This document shows positions 11,728 to 23,800 of a stretch of DNA of 64,000 nt, piece after piece. Both the position numbers and the translations under genes were made by a program. The notes under the pieces were generated by a model, which did no database searches, was not told where the DNA came from, and saw only the letters and a list, made by a program, of their open reading frames with translations. The number at the start of each line of letters is the position of its first letter. Position 1 is the first letter of the stretch. Source of the DNA: Macrostomum lignano (lineage: Eukaryota); the NCBI GenBank assembly GCA_002269645.1, contig NIVC01002119.1, positions 107,866 to 171,865 on the forward strand, given 5' to 3'.

Positions 11728-12726
11728 ATGTCCTTGCTGCTGTGGCACAGCCCGTCTGCCTTCGCAACTGCCCCGCCGCCTCAGACAGCGCAGCTTCGCC
11801 CTCCACCTCCGTCAACATCTGCTGCACAGTTTTCGCTGCCGCAGCAGCAGCAGCAGCAGGTGCACCATCAGCACCATCAGCACCATCACCTCATTGGCCA
11901 GCAGCTCCAGCAGCAGGCTGAGCAGCCGCAGAAGCCGCAGCGCCAGAAACGGCGCCGCTCCCAAGCGGAGACACCCCGGTTAAGTCTGTCTGAAAAACTC
12001 GCTCTGGTTGGCGCCTACGCGCGCTGCATCGAGACTGGCGCCCTGCCCGGCCGCGCCCTCATCGAGGCGGGCCGGCCGCCCGAGCTGAGCGAGCGTCATT
12101 GGAAGCAGCTGAAAGACAACATCCGGCACGCCATCAATTCCTATCGGGACTTCCGGCTGCGCAGGCCGCCTCCAGCCCCGCCTGCCGACTCGCCCGAATT
12201 CCTCCGCCACTACATGGGCAGGCGGGGCGCCGCTACCGCCGTGGCTGCAGCCGCTGCCGCCGCCAGCTCGGGCGGCCTCCCGCTGCCGCACGCTGCCCAG
12301 CCGCCAACGCAGCCTCCGGCCACGCTGCCTCATCCTCATCCCGTGTCTGCGTTGCCCAGACTGTCCTCCCTTGTGATGGATGGCAACTATGTGTCCCTAA
12401 GCGCGGCAGCGGCCGCTGCGGCTGCAGCTTCCAGCGCTCCTCAACAACAACAGCCGCAACCGCCTCCGCCGCCGCCTCCGCCGCCGCCGCAGCAGCCGAA
12501 GAAGAGGCGGCCCCGCGAATCCACAGGCGTGACGCGGCTGACGGCACAGGAGAAGCGCGAGTTGAACCGCGCCTTTCGTCAGCAAATCGAGGAGGGCCGC
12601 CTGCCCGGCCGGTCGACCATCGAGGCGCTGCGGCCGCCGTCTCTGCTAGAAAAGTCCTGGCGCCAGCTGAAAGACAGTGTGCGCTGGTCCATACAGCTGT
12701 ACAAGCGGGGCAGGCTCGCGTTCTGA
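11728..12726 (+). CDS. Uncharacterised low-complexity protein with two ~57-aa Myb/SANT-like repeats (putative DNA-binding protein)
   Basis: GC-rich 332-aa ORF starting at ATG 11728 directly after a TTGCAG acceptor; repeats at 11977-12147 and 12535-12705 share 29/57 residues; polyQ/H, polyA and polyP tracts; basic NLS-like KRRR/KKRR before each repeat. Confidence 0.8.
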   Translation: MSLLLWHSPSAFATAPPPQTAQLRPPPPSTSAAQFSLPQQQQQQVHHQHHQHHHLIGQQLQQQAEQPQKPQRQKRRRSQAETPRLSLSEKLALVGAYARCIETGALPGRALIEAGRPPELSERHWKQLKDNIRHAINSYRDFRLRRPPPAPPADSPEFLRHYMGRRGAATAVAAAAAAASSGGLPLPHAAQPPTQPPATLPHPHPVSALPRLSSLVMDGNYVSLSAAAAAAAAASSAPQQQQPQPPPPPPPPPPQQPKKRRPRESTGVTRLTAQEKRELNRAFRQQIEEGRLPGRSTIEALRPPSLLEKSWRQLKDSVRWSIQLYKRGRLAF

Positions 12727-12913
12727 CGCCTGAAGCCTCCCCAGTTGTGTTGCTCCCAGATTTTCATTCATGTTTGGTTAACTGCATAAATTTTATCTGA
12801 CACTGTTGTAGTTGCTGTTGAACTGAACTGTTTTGTCTACCTCTGTACCACCTTATTAATCCGTTTTAGCGATATCTTACTTGTAGCGATTGCGGCACTC
12901 TAGCTCAGAGCGT

Positions 12914-13968
12914 CCCCAACTCACCTCTGACTCTGCACTCCCCAACTCACCTATGACTCTGCACTCCCCAACTCACCTCTGACTCTGCACCCCCAACTCA
13001 CCTCTGACTCTGCACCCCCAACTCATATCTGACTCTGCACCCTCAACTCACCTCTGACTCTGCACCCCCAACTCACCTCTGACTCTGCACCCCCAACTCA
13101 CCTCTGACTCTGCACCCCCAACTCACCTCTGACTCTGCACCCCCAACTCACCTCTGACTCTGCACCCCCAACTCACCTCTGACTCTGCACCCCCAACTCA
13201 CCTCTGACTCTGCACCCCCAACTCACCTCTGATTCTGCACCCCCAACTCACCTCTGACTCAACACTCCCAACTCACCTCTGACTCAACTCTCCCCAACTC
13301 ATATCTGACTCTGCACTCACCAACTCATATCTGACTCTGCACTCCCCAACTCATATCTGACTCTGCACTCCCCAACTCATATCTGACTCTGCACTCCCCA
13401 ACTCATATCTGACTCAACTCTCCCCAACTCATATCTGACTCTGCACTCACCAACTCATATCTGACTCTGCACTCCCCAACTCATATCTGACTCTGCACTC
13501 CCCAACTCATATCTGACTCTGCACTCCCCAACTCATATCTGACTCAACTCTCCCCAACTCATATCTGACTCAACACTCCCCAACTCATATCTGACTCTGC
13601 ACTCCCCAACTCACCTCTGACTCAACACTCCCAACTCACCTCTGACTCAACTCTCCCCAACTCATATCTGACTCTGCACTCCCCAACTCACCTCTGACTC
13701 AACACTCCCCAACTCACCTCTGACTCAACACTGCCAACTCACCTCTGACTCAACACTCCCAACTCACCTCTGACTCAACTCTCCCCAACTCACCTCTGAC
13801 TCAACACTCCCAACTCACCTCTGACTCAACTCTCCCCAACTCACCTCTGACTCAACACTCCCAACTCACCTCTGACTCAACTCTCCCCAACTCATATCTG
13901 ACTCTGCACTCCCCAACTCACCTCTGACTCAACACTCCCCAACTCACCTCTGACTCAACACTGCCAAC
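12914..13968. repeat. ~26-bp minisatellite, ~40 copies
   Basis: CCCCAACTCACCTCTGACTCTGCACT and variants (CATATCT, CAACACT). Confidence 0.95.
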
Positions 13969-14513
13969 TAGTGCTAGTGTTTTTAGAAGTTCTGAACCGC
14001 CTGTGTATGATGATGAAAGGCCATCAAATGGCTGCTCATATCTGCTGCAATCGCAGCGCATCACTCCAAAACCCTATCAATCAGTTTACTTGTGGATGTT
14101 TACCAAATAAATTGACTGTCTGGAATGCATTGAAACTGATTCAGATTTTCAATATTGCAGCCCCTGCTCCGCGACTCTGTTCTGTTAAATTGTTGTGCAG
14201 TTTCAAACTGTTTAAATCTTCTATGTTGTTTTGAAGTGTAAGCCATTTTTCTGTGAATATATTTTAATCTTGGTTATGGCGCTAAAGTATTGTTCTGCAT
14301 GGGATCATGCCCTCCCGTGTCTGCAATTCCTCTCTGTGTTGTCTGTAGCAGATCTGTGCGAACCACACGCGGTTGAATAGATTGAGAATAATCTCCTTGC
14401 AATATTACACACGTGTATTTAGTTTTACTGCGATTGTATTGATGTTGCTGAACTGACTTTGCCTTGCCGACTTCATCCCTTTTTTACCTGCGACACCCAC
14501 CTAATTTTACCAC

Positions 14514-17500
14514 CAAACCCTCCTGTCTCCCTCTACCCAACCCTCCTGTCTTCCTCTACCCAAACCCCCGTCTCCCTCTACCCAACCCTCCTGTCTCCCT
14601 CTACCCAACCCTCCCGTCTCCCTCTACCCAACCCCCGTCTCCCTCTACCCAACCCTCCTGTCTTCCTCTACCCAACCCCCCGTCTCCCTCTACCCAACCC
14701 CCCGTCTCCCTCTACCCAACCCTCCTGTCTCCCTCTACCCAACCCTCCTGTCTCCCTCTACCCAACCCTCCTGTCTCCCTCTACCCAACCCCCGTCTCCC
14801 TCTACCCAACCCTCCTGTCTCCCTCTACCCAACCCTCCTGTCTCCCTCCACCCAACCCCCCGTCTCCCTCTACCCAACCCCCCGTCTCCCTCTACCCAAC
14901 CCTCCTGTCTTCCTCTACCCAACCCCCGTCTCCCTCTACCCAACCCCCCGTCTCCCTCTACCCAACCCTCCTGTCTCCCTCTACCCAACCCTCCCGTCTC
15001 CCTCTACCCAACCCCCCGTCTCCCTCTACCCAACCCTCCTGTCTTCCTCTACCCAACCCCCCGTCTCCCTCTACCCAACCCCCCGTCTCCCTCTACCCAA
15101 CCCTCCTGTCTCCCTCTACCCAACCCTCCTGTCTCCCTCTACCCAACCCTCCTGTCTCCCTCTACCCAACCCCCCGTCTCCCTCTACCCAACCCTCCTGT
15201 CTCCCTCTACCCAACCCTCCTGTCTCCCTCCACCCAACCCCCCGTCTCCCTCTACCCAACCCCCCGTCTCCCTCTACCCAACCCTCCTGTCTCCCTCTAC
15301 CCAACCCTCCTGTCTCCCTCTACCCAACCCTCCTGTCTCCCTCTACCCAACCCCCCGTCTCCCTCTACCCAACCCTCCTGTCTCCCTCTACCCAACCCTC
15401 CTGTCTCCCTCCACCCAACCCCCCGTCTCCCTCTACCCAACCCCCGTCTCCCTCTACCCAACCCTCCTGTCTTCCTCTACCCAACCCCCCGTCTCCCTCT
15501 ACCCAACCCCCCGTCTCCCTCTACCCAACCCCCCGTCTCCCTCTACCCAACCCCCGTCTCCCTCTACCCAACCCCCGTCTCCCTCTACCCAACCCCCGTC
15601 TCCCTCTACTTAACCCCCCGTCTCCCTCTACCCAACCCCCGTCTCCCTCTACCCAACCCCCCGTCTCCCTCTACCCAACCCCCCGTCTCCCTCTACCCAA
15701 CCCCCGTCTCCCTCTACCCAACCCCCCGTCTCCCTCTACCCACCCCCGTCTCCCTCTACCCACCCCCGTCTCCCTCTACCCACCCCCGTCTCCCTCTACC
15801 CACCCCCGTCTCCCTCTACCCACCCCGTCTCCCTCTACCCACCCCATCTCCCTCTCTCCCCAACCCTCCTGTCTCCTTCTACCCAACCCTCCCATCTCCC
15901 TCTATCCAACCCATTCGTCTCCATCTACCCACCCCCGTCTCCCTCTACCCACCCCGTCTCCCTCCCCCAACCCTCCCATCTCCCTCTACCCAACCCTCCC
16001 ATCTCCCTCTACCCAACCCTCCTGTCTTCCTCTACCCAACCCCCCGTCTCCCTCTACCCAACCCCGTCTCCCTCTACCCAACCCTCCTGTCTCCCTCTAC
16101 CCAACCCTCCTGTCTCCCTCTACCCAACCCTCCTGTCTCCCTCTACCCAACCCCCGTCTCCCTCTACCCAACCCTCCTGTCTCCCTCTACCCAACCCTCC
16201 TGTCTCCCTCCACCCAACCCCCCGTCTCCCTCTACCCAACCCCCCGTCTCCCTCTACCCAACCCTCCTGTCTCCCTCTACCCAACCCTCCTGTCTCCCTC
16301 TACCCAACCCTCCTGTCTCCCTCTACCCAACCCCCGTCTCCCTCTACCCAACCCTCCTGTCTCCCTCTACCCAACCCTCCTGTCTCCCTCCACCCAACCC
16401 CCGTCTCCCTCTACCCAACCCCCGTCTCCCTCTACCCAACCCTCCTGTCTTCCTCTACCCAACCCCCGTCTCCCTCTACCCAACCCCCGTCTCCCTCTAC
16501 CCAACCCCCGTCTCCCTCTACCCAACCCCCGTCTCCCTCTACCCAACCCCCGTCTCCCTCTACCCAACCCCCGTCTCCCTCTACTTAACCCCCCGTCTCC
16601 CTCTACCCAACCCCCGTCTCCCTCTACCCAACCCCCGTCTCCCTCTACCCAACCCCCCGTCTCCCTCTACCCAACCCCCGTCTCCCTCTACCCAACCCCC
16701 GTCTCCCTCTACCCACCCCCGTCTCCCTCTACCCACCCCCGTCTCCCTCTACCCACCCCCGTCTCCCTCTACCCACCCCGTCTCCCTCTACCCACCCCCA
16801 TCTCCCTCTCCCCCAACCCTCCTGTCTCCTTCTACCCAACCCTCCCATCTCCCTCTATCCAACCCATTCGTCTCCATCTACCCACCCCGTCTCCCTCTAC
16901 CCACCCCCGTCTCCCTCCCCCCAACCCTCCCATCTCCCTCTACCCAACCCTCCCATCTCCCTCTACCCAACCCTCCTGTCTCCCTCTACCCAACCCTCCT
17001 GTCTCCCTCTACCCAACCCCCCGTCTCCCTCTACCCAACCCTCCTGTCTCCCTCTACCCAACCCTCCTGTCTCCCTCCACCCAACCCCCGTCTCCCTCTA
17101 CCCAACCCCCGTCTCCCTCTACCCAACCCTCCTGTCTCCCTCTACCCAACCCTCCTGTCTCCCTCTACCCAACCCTCCTGTCTCCCTCTACCCAACCCCC
17201 CGTCTCCCTCTACCCAACCCTCCTGTCTCCCTCTACCCAACCCTCCTGTCTCCCTCCACCCAACCCCCCGTCTCCCTCTACCCAACCCCCCGTCTCCCTC
17301 TACCCAACCCTCCTGTCTTCCTCTACCCAACCCCCGTCTCCCTCTACCCAACCCCCGTCTCCCTCTACCCAACCCCCCGTCTCCCTCTACCCAACCCCCC
17401 GTCTCCCTCTACCCAACCCCCGTCTCCCTCTACCCAACCCCCGTCTCCCTCTACTTAACCCCCCGTCTCCCTCTACCCAACCCCCGTCTCCCTCTACCCA

Positions 17501-17850
17501 ACCCCCCGTCTCCCTCTACCCAACCCCCGTCTCCCTCTACCCAACCCCCCGTCTCCCTCTACCCAACCCCCGTCTCCCTCTACCCACCCCGTCTCCCTCT
17601 ACCCACCCCGTCTCCCTCTACCCACCCCCGTCTCCCTCTACCCACCCCGTCTCCCTCTACCCACCCCATCTCCCTCTCTCCCCAACCCTCCTGTCTCCTT
17701 CTACCCAACCCTCCCATCTCCCTCTATCCAACCCATTCGTCTCCATCTACCCACCCCCGTCTCCCTCTACCCACCCCCGTCTCCCTCCCCCAACCCTCCA
17801 TCTCCCTCTACCCAACCCTCCCATCTCCCTCTACCCAACCCCCGTCTCCC
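14514..17850. repeat. 21-23-bp C-rich minisatellite, ~3.3 kb
   Basis: CCTGTCTCCCTCTACCCAACCC / CCCGTCTCCCTCTACCCAACC units; source of the artefactual 1272-aa ORF. Confidence 0.97.
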
Positions 17851-17906
17851 GCTGCCCAACTCCCCCCAACCCCAGCAACTCACGCACTGCCGGTGCCCGC
17901 CCGCAG

Positions 17907-18686
17907 TACGGCTGGGTCCGCACCAAACTGCAGGGCGCCGGAGGCCGCGCCTCTGAGTCGCTGCTGCCGCTGTTCAATCGCGGAGACGCGGCCACCTCGT
18001 CCAGCAGCTCGGCTTCCACCGGCTTCGGCCTACTGGCCTCGTCGGCCTCCTCGTCATCGCTGTCGGCGAATTCCTCGGCTACTGCGGCGGTGGCCTCTTC
18101 AACTGGCGATCACCTGGCTGGAGCCGCCGCGGGGAATGCCGGCGAGGCGGACGATCCGTCCTCGGGCGCCAGCCTGTCGGGCTGGTTCGGCTCCTCCAGC
18201 CTGCTGTCCGGAGCGGCCGAGCGGGACCCGCTGCTCCGCTGCCTCGGCCTGTCCCGCAAGCAGCGGGTGCTGGCCTTCGTGACCCTGCTGCTGCTGGGCA
18301 GCCTGTTCCTGTCCCTCAGCCTGGTCTTCCTGCCCATGGTGCTGCTCAAGGCCCGCCGGTTTGCCGTGCTGTACTCCATGGGCTCGCTCTGCCTGCTGCT
18401 GTCATTCTCCGCCCTGTGGGGCCCGGTGAATCACCTGCGCCACCTGGTCACCGGGCCCAGGCGGCCGTTCACCTGCGCTTACCTGCTGATGCTGGCCGCC
18501 ACTCTCTATTCCGCCATGGGCCTGCGCTCCGGACCTCTGGCTCTGCTTTTCGTCTGTCTGCAGGTGGCCGCCCTGCTGTGGTACCTGATCTCCTACCTGC
18601 CCGGCGGCCAGCGGGGCATCCGGTTTCTCACATCCGTATTTTATTCCGCCGCCAGCCGCACAGCTAAGACCACCCTGCCCATCTGA
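17907..18686 (+). CDS. SFT2D3: Vesicle transport protein SFT2 family (SFT2C-like); start codon not found in cis
   Basis: Got1/Sft2 domain LSRKQRVLAF...KARRFAVLYSMGSL...WGPVNHLRHL...LWYLISYLPGGQRGIRF and C-terminal TLPI. The frame stays open upstream of the track ORF to the repeat edge (YGWVRTKLQGAGG...) with no in-frame ATG before the TM region. Confidence 0.85.
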   Translation, partial: YGWVRTKLQGAGGRASESLLPLFNRGDAATSSSSSASTGFGLLASSASSSSLSANSSATAAVASSTGDHLAGAAAGNAGEADDPSSGASLSGWFGSSSLLSGAAERDPLLRCLGLSRKQRVLAFVTLLLLGSLFLSLSLVFLPMVLLKARRFAVLYSMGSLCLLLSFSALWGPVNHLRHLVTGPRRPFTCAYLLMLAATLYSAMGLRSGPLALLFVCLQVAALLWYLISYLPGGQRGIRFLTSVFYSAASRTAKTTLPI

Positions 18687-18734
18687 TTGCTGTCTGCCTC
18701 TGCCGGTGCTGCGGGCCTCCTATCACCCTCAGTA

Positions 18735-19590
18735 TCCTCAGGCTGAGCCACCGCCACCCTCCCAGATCCTCAAGCTGGGCCACCGCCACCCTCCCAGATC
18801 CTCAGGCTGAGCCACCGCCACCCTCCCAGATCCTCAGCTGCTGTCCACTGCCACTCTCCCAGATCCTCAGCTGCTGTCCACTGCCACTCCCAGATCCTCA
18901 GCTGCTGTCCACTGCCACTCTCCCAGATCCTCAGCTGCTGTCCACTGCCACTCCCAGATCCTCAGCTGCTGTCCACTGCCACTCTCCCAGATCCTCAGCT
19001 GTCCACTGCCACCCTCCCAGATCCTCAGCTGCTGTCCACTGCCACTCCCAGATCCTCAGCTTCTGTCCACTGCCACTCTCCCAGATCCTCAGCTGCTGTC
19101 CACTGCCACCCTCCCAGATCCTCAGCTGCTGTCCACTGCCACTCCCAGATCCTCAGCTGCTGTCCACTGCCACTCTCCCAGATCCTCAGCTGCTGTCCAC
19201 TGCCACTCCCAGATCCTCAGCTTCTGTCCACTGCCACCCTCCCAGATCCTCAGCTTCTGTCCACTGCCACCCTCCCAGATCCTCAGCTGCTGTCCACTGC
19301 CACTCCCACTCCCAGATCCTCAGCTGCTGTCCACTGCCACCCTCCCAGATCCTCAACTGCTGTCCACTGCCACCCTCCCAGATCCTCAAGCTGGGCCACC
19401 GCCACCCTCCCAGATCCTCAAGCTGGGCCACCGCCACCCTCCCAGATCCTCAAGCTGGGCCACCGCCACCCTCCCAGATCCTCAAGCTGGGCCACCGCCA
19501 CCCTCCCAGATCCTCAAGCTGGGCCACCGCCACCCTCCCAGACCCTCAAGCTGGGCCACCGCCACCCTCCCAGATCATCAGTTGCTGGGC
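18735..19590. repeat. 31-33-bp minisatellite (two related units)
   Basis: CCACCGCCACCCTCCCAGATCCTCAAGCTGGG flanking CTGCTGTCCACTGCCACTCCCAGATCCTCAG copies. Confidence 0.93.
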
Positions 19591-20243
19591 CATAGTTAAC
19601 GTATATTTAGATTATGCATATGCCTTTAAATATAAGCTTCGATTTATGTTTGGTGTACAATCCAACTTATTCGTTTAAAGTTCCTAAACAAAAATTGTAA
19701 ATAATGAATCCACACACGCCCTCGACCTTACTGCTTTGGCAAGGCAAGCACTTGGGCAAATACATTTAGGAGATTAATAATCGGGTCCGCTAGCCCCCCC
19801 CCCCACAGTTTCGCAATCAGTCTTGTCTAACGCGGCTTTTATTGTAATGGACACAATATACACGTGATCAGTTATTGTACTTCTGCGAATCTAATTGCAA
19901 AGATGAATTCTGGATCAGTTACTGAGCGCACTGTATTGTAGCCACTCCGTGTGATATGCTGGATTATTGCGGTTCGCTGTTCGCTTTCTTGGCTGTAAAT
20001 AGATTTTTAGAAAATTTCATTCGTTGAGCAGTCAATTTGACTCTCGATTGAAGCCAGCACTTTATTGTTGTGTTTGCTTTTTAATATATCTGTGTTTCTG
20101 CTAGGAATACTTTTTCATCTGTGCCATTCCTGTCAAATTTCTAAGTAATCGCATTCCCATCCGAAAAAGGAGATTTTTTACAAGCAACTGCATCTCAATC
20201 CAAATCATGATTTTCTAAGAAACCACCATAGCGTCGCCGTGGA

Positions 20244-20650
20244 GAAATCGCATATATATCCGGAACGGAGGTTTCTAAGAAATCGCATATATATCCGGAA
20301 CGGGGGTTTCTAAGAAATCGCATATATATCCGGAACGGAGGTTTCTAAGAAATCGCATCTATATCCGGAGCGGGGGCTTCTAAGAAATCGCATATATCCG
20401 AAGCGGGGGTTTCTAAGAAATCGCATCTATATCCGGAACGGGGGTTTCTAAGAAATCATATCCCTTTCCGGAACAGTTTCTTCTAAGAAAACGCATTCAT
20501 ACCCTGAACAGGTGTTTCCTAGAAATCATATCCATATCCGGTACAGTGTTTTCTAAGAAAGCACATCCATATTCATAACAAGGTTTTCTAAGAAGTCTCA
20601 TCCATATCAGGAACAAGGTTTTCTAAGAAAGCGCATCCATATCTGGAACA
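20244..20650. repeat. ~35-bp degenerate tandem repeat upstream of ILK
   Basis: TTTCTAAGAAATCGCATATATATCCGGAACGGGGG, decaying toward the 3' end. Confidence 0.85.
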
Positions 20651-20889
20651 TCGGAACAGTTTGTTTAAGTCCCGAGGGTCTCGTGACAATCGCTCCAGAA
20701 AAAAGCTTTTCATCTCATAGACTTTGAGTCAAAGACAACGATTTCCCCGAATGATATTGAGTATTACCGACTTAAATCTCATAAAACGAAAAGTGTTAGA
20801 AATATCATATCGCTGTTTTCCATCTCCACTTTCCCAGCACCTGTTAGTTTCTTGGAAACAGACTCAACTTTTCACCGCCCGCAGCCAGC

Positions 20890-23800
20890 ATGGACGACAT
20901 TGTGGCCTGGGTCCGCACCGGCAACGCAGTCCAGGTGCGCCTGTGGCTGGAGAACACGGAGAACGACCTGAACCAGGGCGACGACCATCGCTTCTCCCTG
21001 CTGCACTGGGCCGCCTGGGACGGCCAGACCGGCATCGCCGACCTGCTGCTGAGCCGCGGCGCCCGCGTTAACGCCACCAACATGGGCGACGACACGCCGT
21101 TGCACATCGCCGCCTCTCGCGGCCACCACGGGCTCGTGTCCCGGCTGCTCAAGCAGCGCCCGGCAATTAACGCAGTTAATGAGCACGGCAACACGCCGCT
21201 GCACTACGCCTGCTTCTTCAACCACGAGGAGACGGCCGTTGAGCTCGTGAACCAGGGCGGCCTGGTCAGCCTGGAGAATCGCTACGGCCAGACACCGCTG
21301 GACCTGGCCAGGCCCGCCCTGGTGCGCCAGCTGCGCCACCTGGCCAGGGAGCTGGGACAGGTCCGACCGCTTGAGCACTGCTTTGAGCTTGCCTAGGCCT
21401 GACTGACTGACTTGCCCACTCTCTCCCTGCCTTCCCCGCTCTCTCCCTGACTTCCCCACTCTCTCCCTGCCTTCTCCACTCTCTCCCTACCTTCTCCACT
21501 CTCTCCCTGCCTTCCCGCTCTCTCCCTGCCTTCCCCACTCTCTCCCTGCCTTCCCCGCTCTCTCCCTGCCTTCCCCACTCTCTCCCTGCCTTCTCCACTC
21601 TCTCCCTGCCTTCCCCGCTCTCTCCCTGCCTTCCCCGCTCTCTCCCTGCCTTCCCCACTCTCTCCCTGCCTTCCCCGCTCTCTCCCTGACTTCCCCACTC
21701 TCTCCCTGCCTTCTCCACTCTCTCCCTGCCTTCCCCGCTCTCTCCCTGCCTTCCTCACTCTCTCCCTGCCTTCCTCACTCTCTCCCTGCCTTCCCCGCTC
21801 TCTCCCTGACTTCCCCACTCTCTCCCTGCCTTCTCCACTCTCTCCCTGCCTTCCCCACTCTCTCCCTGCCTTCCCCGCTCTCTCCCTGCCTTCCCCACTC
21901 TCTCCCTGCCTTCCCCGCTCTCTCCCTGCCTTCCCACTCTCTCCCTGCCTTCTCCACTCTCTCCCTGCCTTCCCCGCTCTCTCCCTGCCTTCCTCACTCT
22001 CTCCCTGCCTTCCTCACTCTCTCCCTGCCTTCCCCACTCCCTGCCTTCCCCACTTATCTCTGACATCCACACTTATCCCTGACATCAAACTCCACCCGCC
22101 CACCACGCCAGGAGGTGGAGATGCGGCAGCCGCACAACACCTCGGACCCGCTGGGCGCGCAGACCTGGCGCACCCGGCCAACAAACCCCACGCTGAGCCG
22201 GCAGCCGGGAATCCAGTACGAGCAGCTCAACTTGCGCTCCCGCCTGGCCGGCCGGCACGGCACGGAGCTGTGGCGCGGCACCTGGCAGGATCAAGACATC
22301 GTTGCCCGGCTGTTCCGACCGAGGCCGCAGGCGGCCGCTCGACTGAGACGCGAATTCAACGAGCAGCTGCCCAGACTGCGCATCTTCAACAACACCAACG
22401 TGCTGCCCGTGCTGAGCGCCGTCATCTCCGACCAGCGCCTGGTGCTGGTGTCCCAGTTCATGCCCTACGGCTCGCTGTTCGACGTGCTGCACTCCGGACA
22501 CGGTGGGGGCTGGCTGCGGGGTCATGACCTGGCTAAGAATCAGGAATGGGGCTGGCTGCGGGGTCATGACCTGGCTAAGAATCAGGGATGGGGCTGGCTG
22601 CGGGGTCATGACCTGGCTAAGAATCAGGGGTGGGGCTGGCTGCGGGGTCATGACCTGGCTAAGAATCAGGGATGGGGCTGGCTGCGGGGTCATGACCTGG
22701 CTAAGAATCAGGGATGGGGCTGGCTGCGGGGTCATGACCTGGCTAAGAATCAGGGATGGGGCTGGCTGCGGGGTCATGACCTGGCTAAGAATCAGGGATG
22801 GGGCTGGCTGCGGGGTCATGACCTGGCTAGGAATCAGGGATGGGGCTGGCTGCGGGTTCATGACCTGGCTAAGAATCAGGGGTGGGGGTTGGCTGCGGGG
22901 TCATGACCTGGCTAAGAATCAGGGGTGGGGCTGGCTGCGGGGTCATGACCTGGCTAAGAATCAGGGGTGGGGCTGGCTGCGGGGTCATGACCTGGCTAAG
23001 AATCAGGGGTGGGGCTGGCTGCGGGGTCATGACCTGGCTAAGAATCAGGGGTGGGGCTGGCTGCGGGGTCATGACCTGGCTAAGAATCAGGGGTGGGGCT
23101 GGCTGCGGGGTCATGACCTGGCTAAGAATCAGGGGTGGGGCTGGCTGCGGGGTCATGACCTGGCTAAGAATCAGGGGTGTAACACTGGTTGTGGGGTCAT
23201 GACCTGGCTAAGAATCAGGGGTGGGGCTGGCTGCGGGTCATGACCTGGCTAAGAATCAGGGGTGGGGGTTGGCTGCGGGGTCATGACCTGGCTAAGAATC
23301 AGGGGTGGAGCTGGCTGCGGGGTCATGACCTGGCTAAGAATCAGGGGTGGGGCTGGCTGCGGGGTCATGACCTGGCTAAGAATCAGGGGTGGGGGTTGGC
23401 TGCGGGGTCATGACCTGGCTAAGAATCAGGGGTGGGGCTGGCTGCGGGGTCATGGCCTGGCTAAGAATCAGGGGTGGGGCTGGCTGCGGGGTCATGACCT
23501 GGCTAAGAATCAGGGGTGGGGGTTGGCTGCGGGGTCATGACCTGGCTAAGAATCAGGGGTGGGGGTTGGCTGCGGGGTCATGACCTGGCTAAGAATCAGG
23601 GGTGGGGCTGGCTGCGGGGTCATGACCTGGCTAAGAATCAGGGGTGGGGCTGGCTGCGGGGTCATGACCTGGCTAAGAATCAGGGGTGGCGGGCTGGCTG
23701 CGGGGTCATGACCTGGCTAAGAATCAGGGGTGGGGCTGGCTGCGGGGTCATGACCTGGCTAAGAATCAGGGGTGTAACACTGGTTGTGGGGTCTTGGCCA

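Noticed and set aside
14459-18282. 1272-aa and 384-aa proline-rich ORFs
   Set aside because: Stop-free translations of a C-rich minisatellite, open in multiple frames; start codons are non-ATG.
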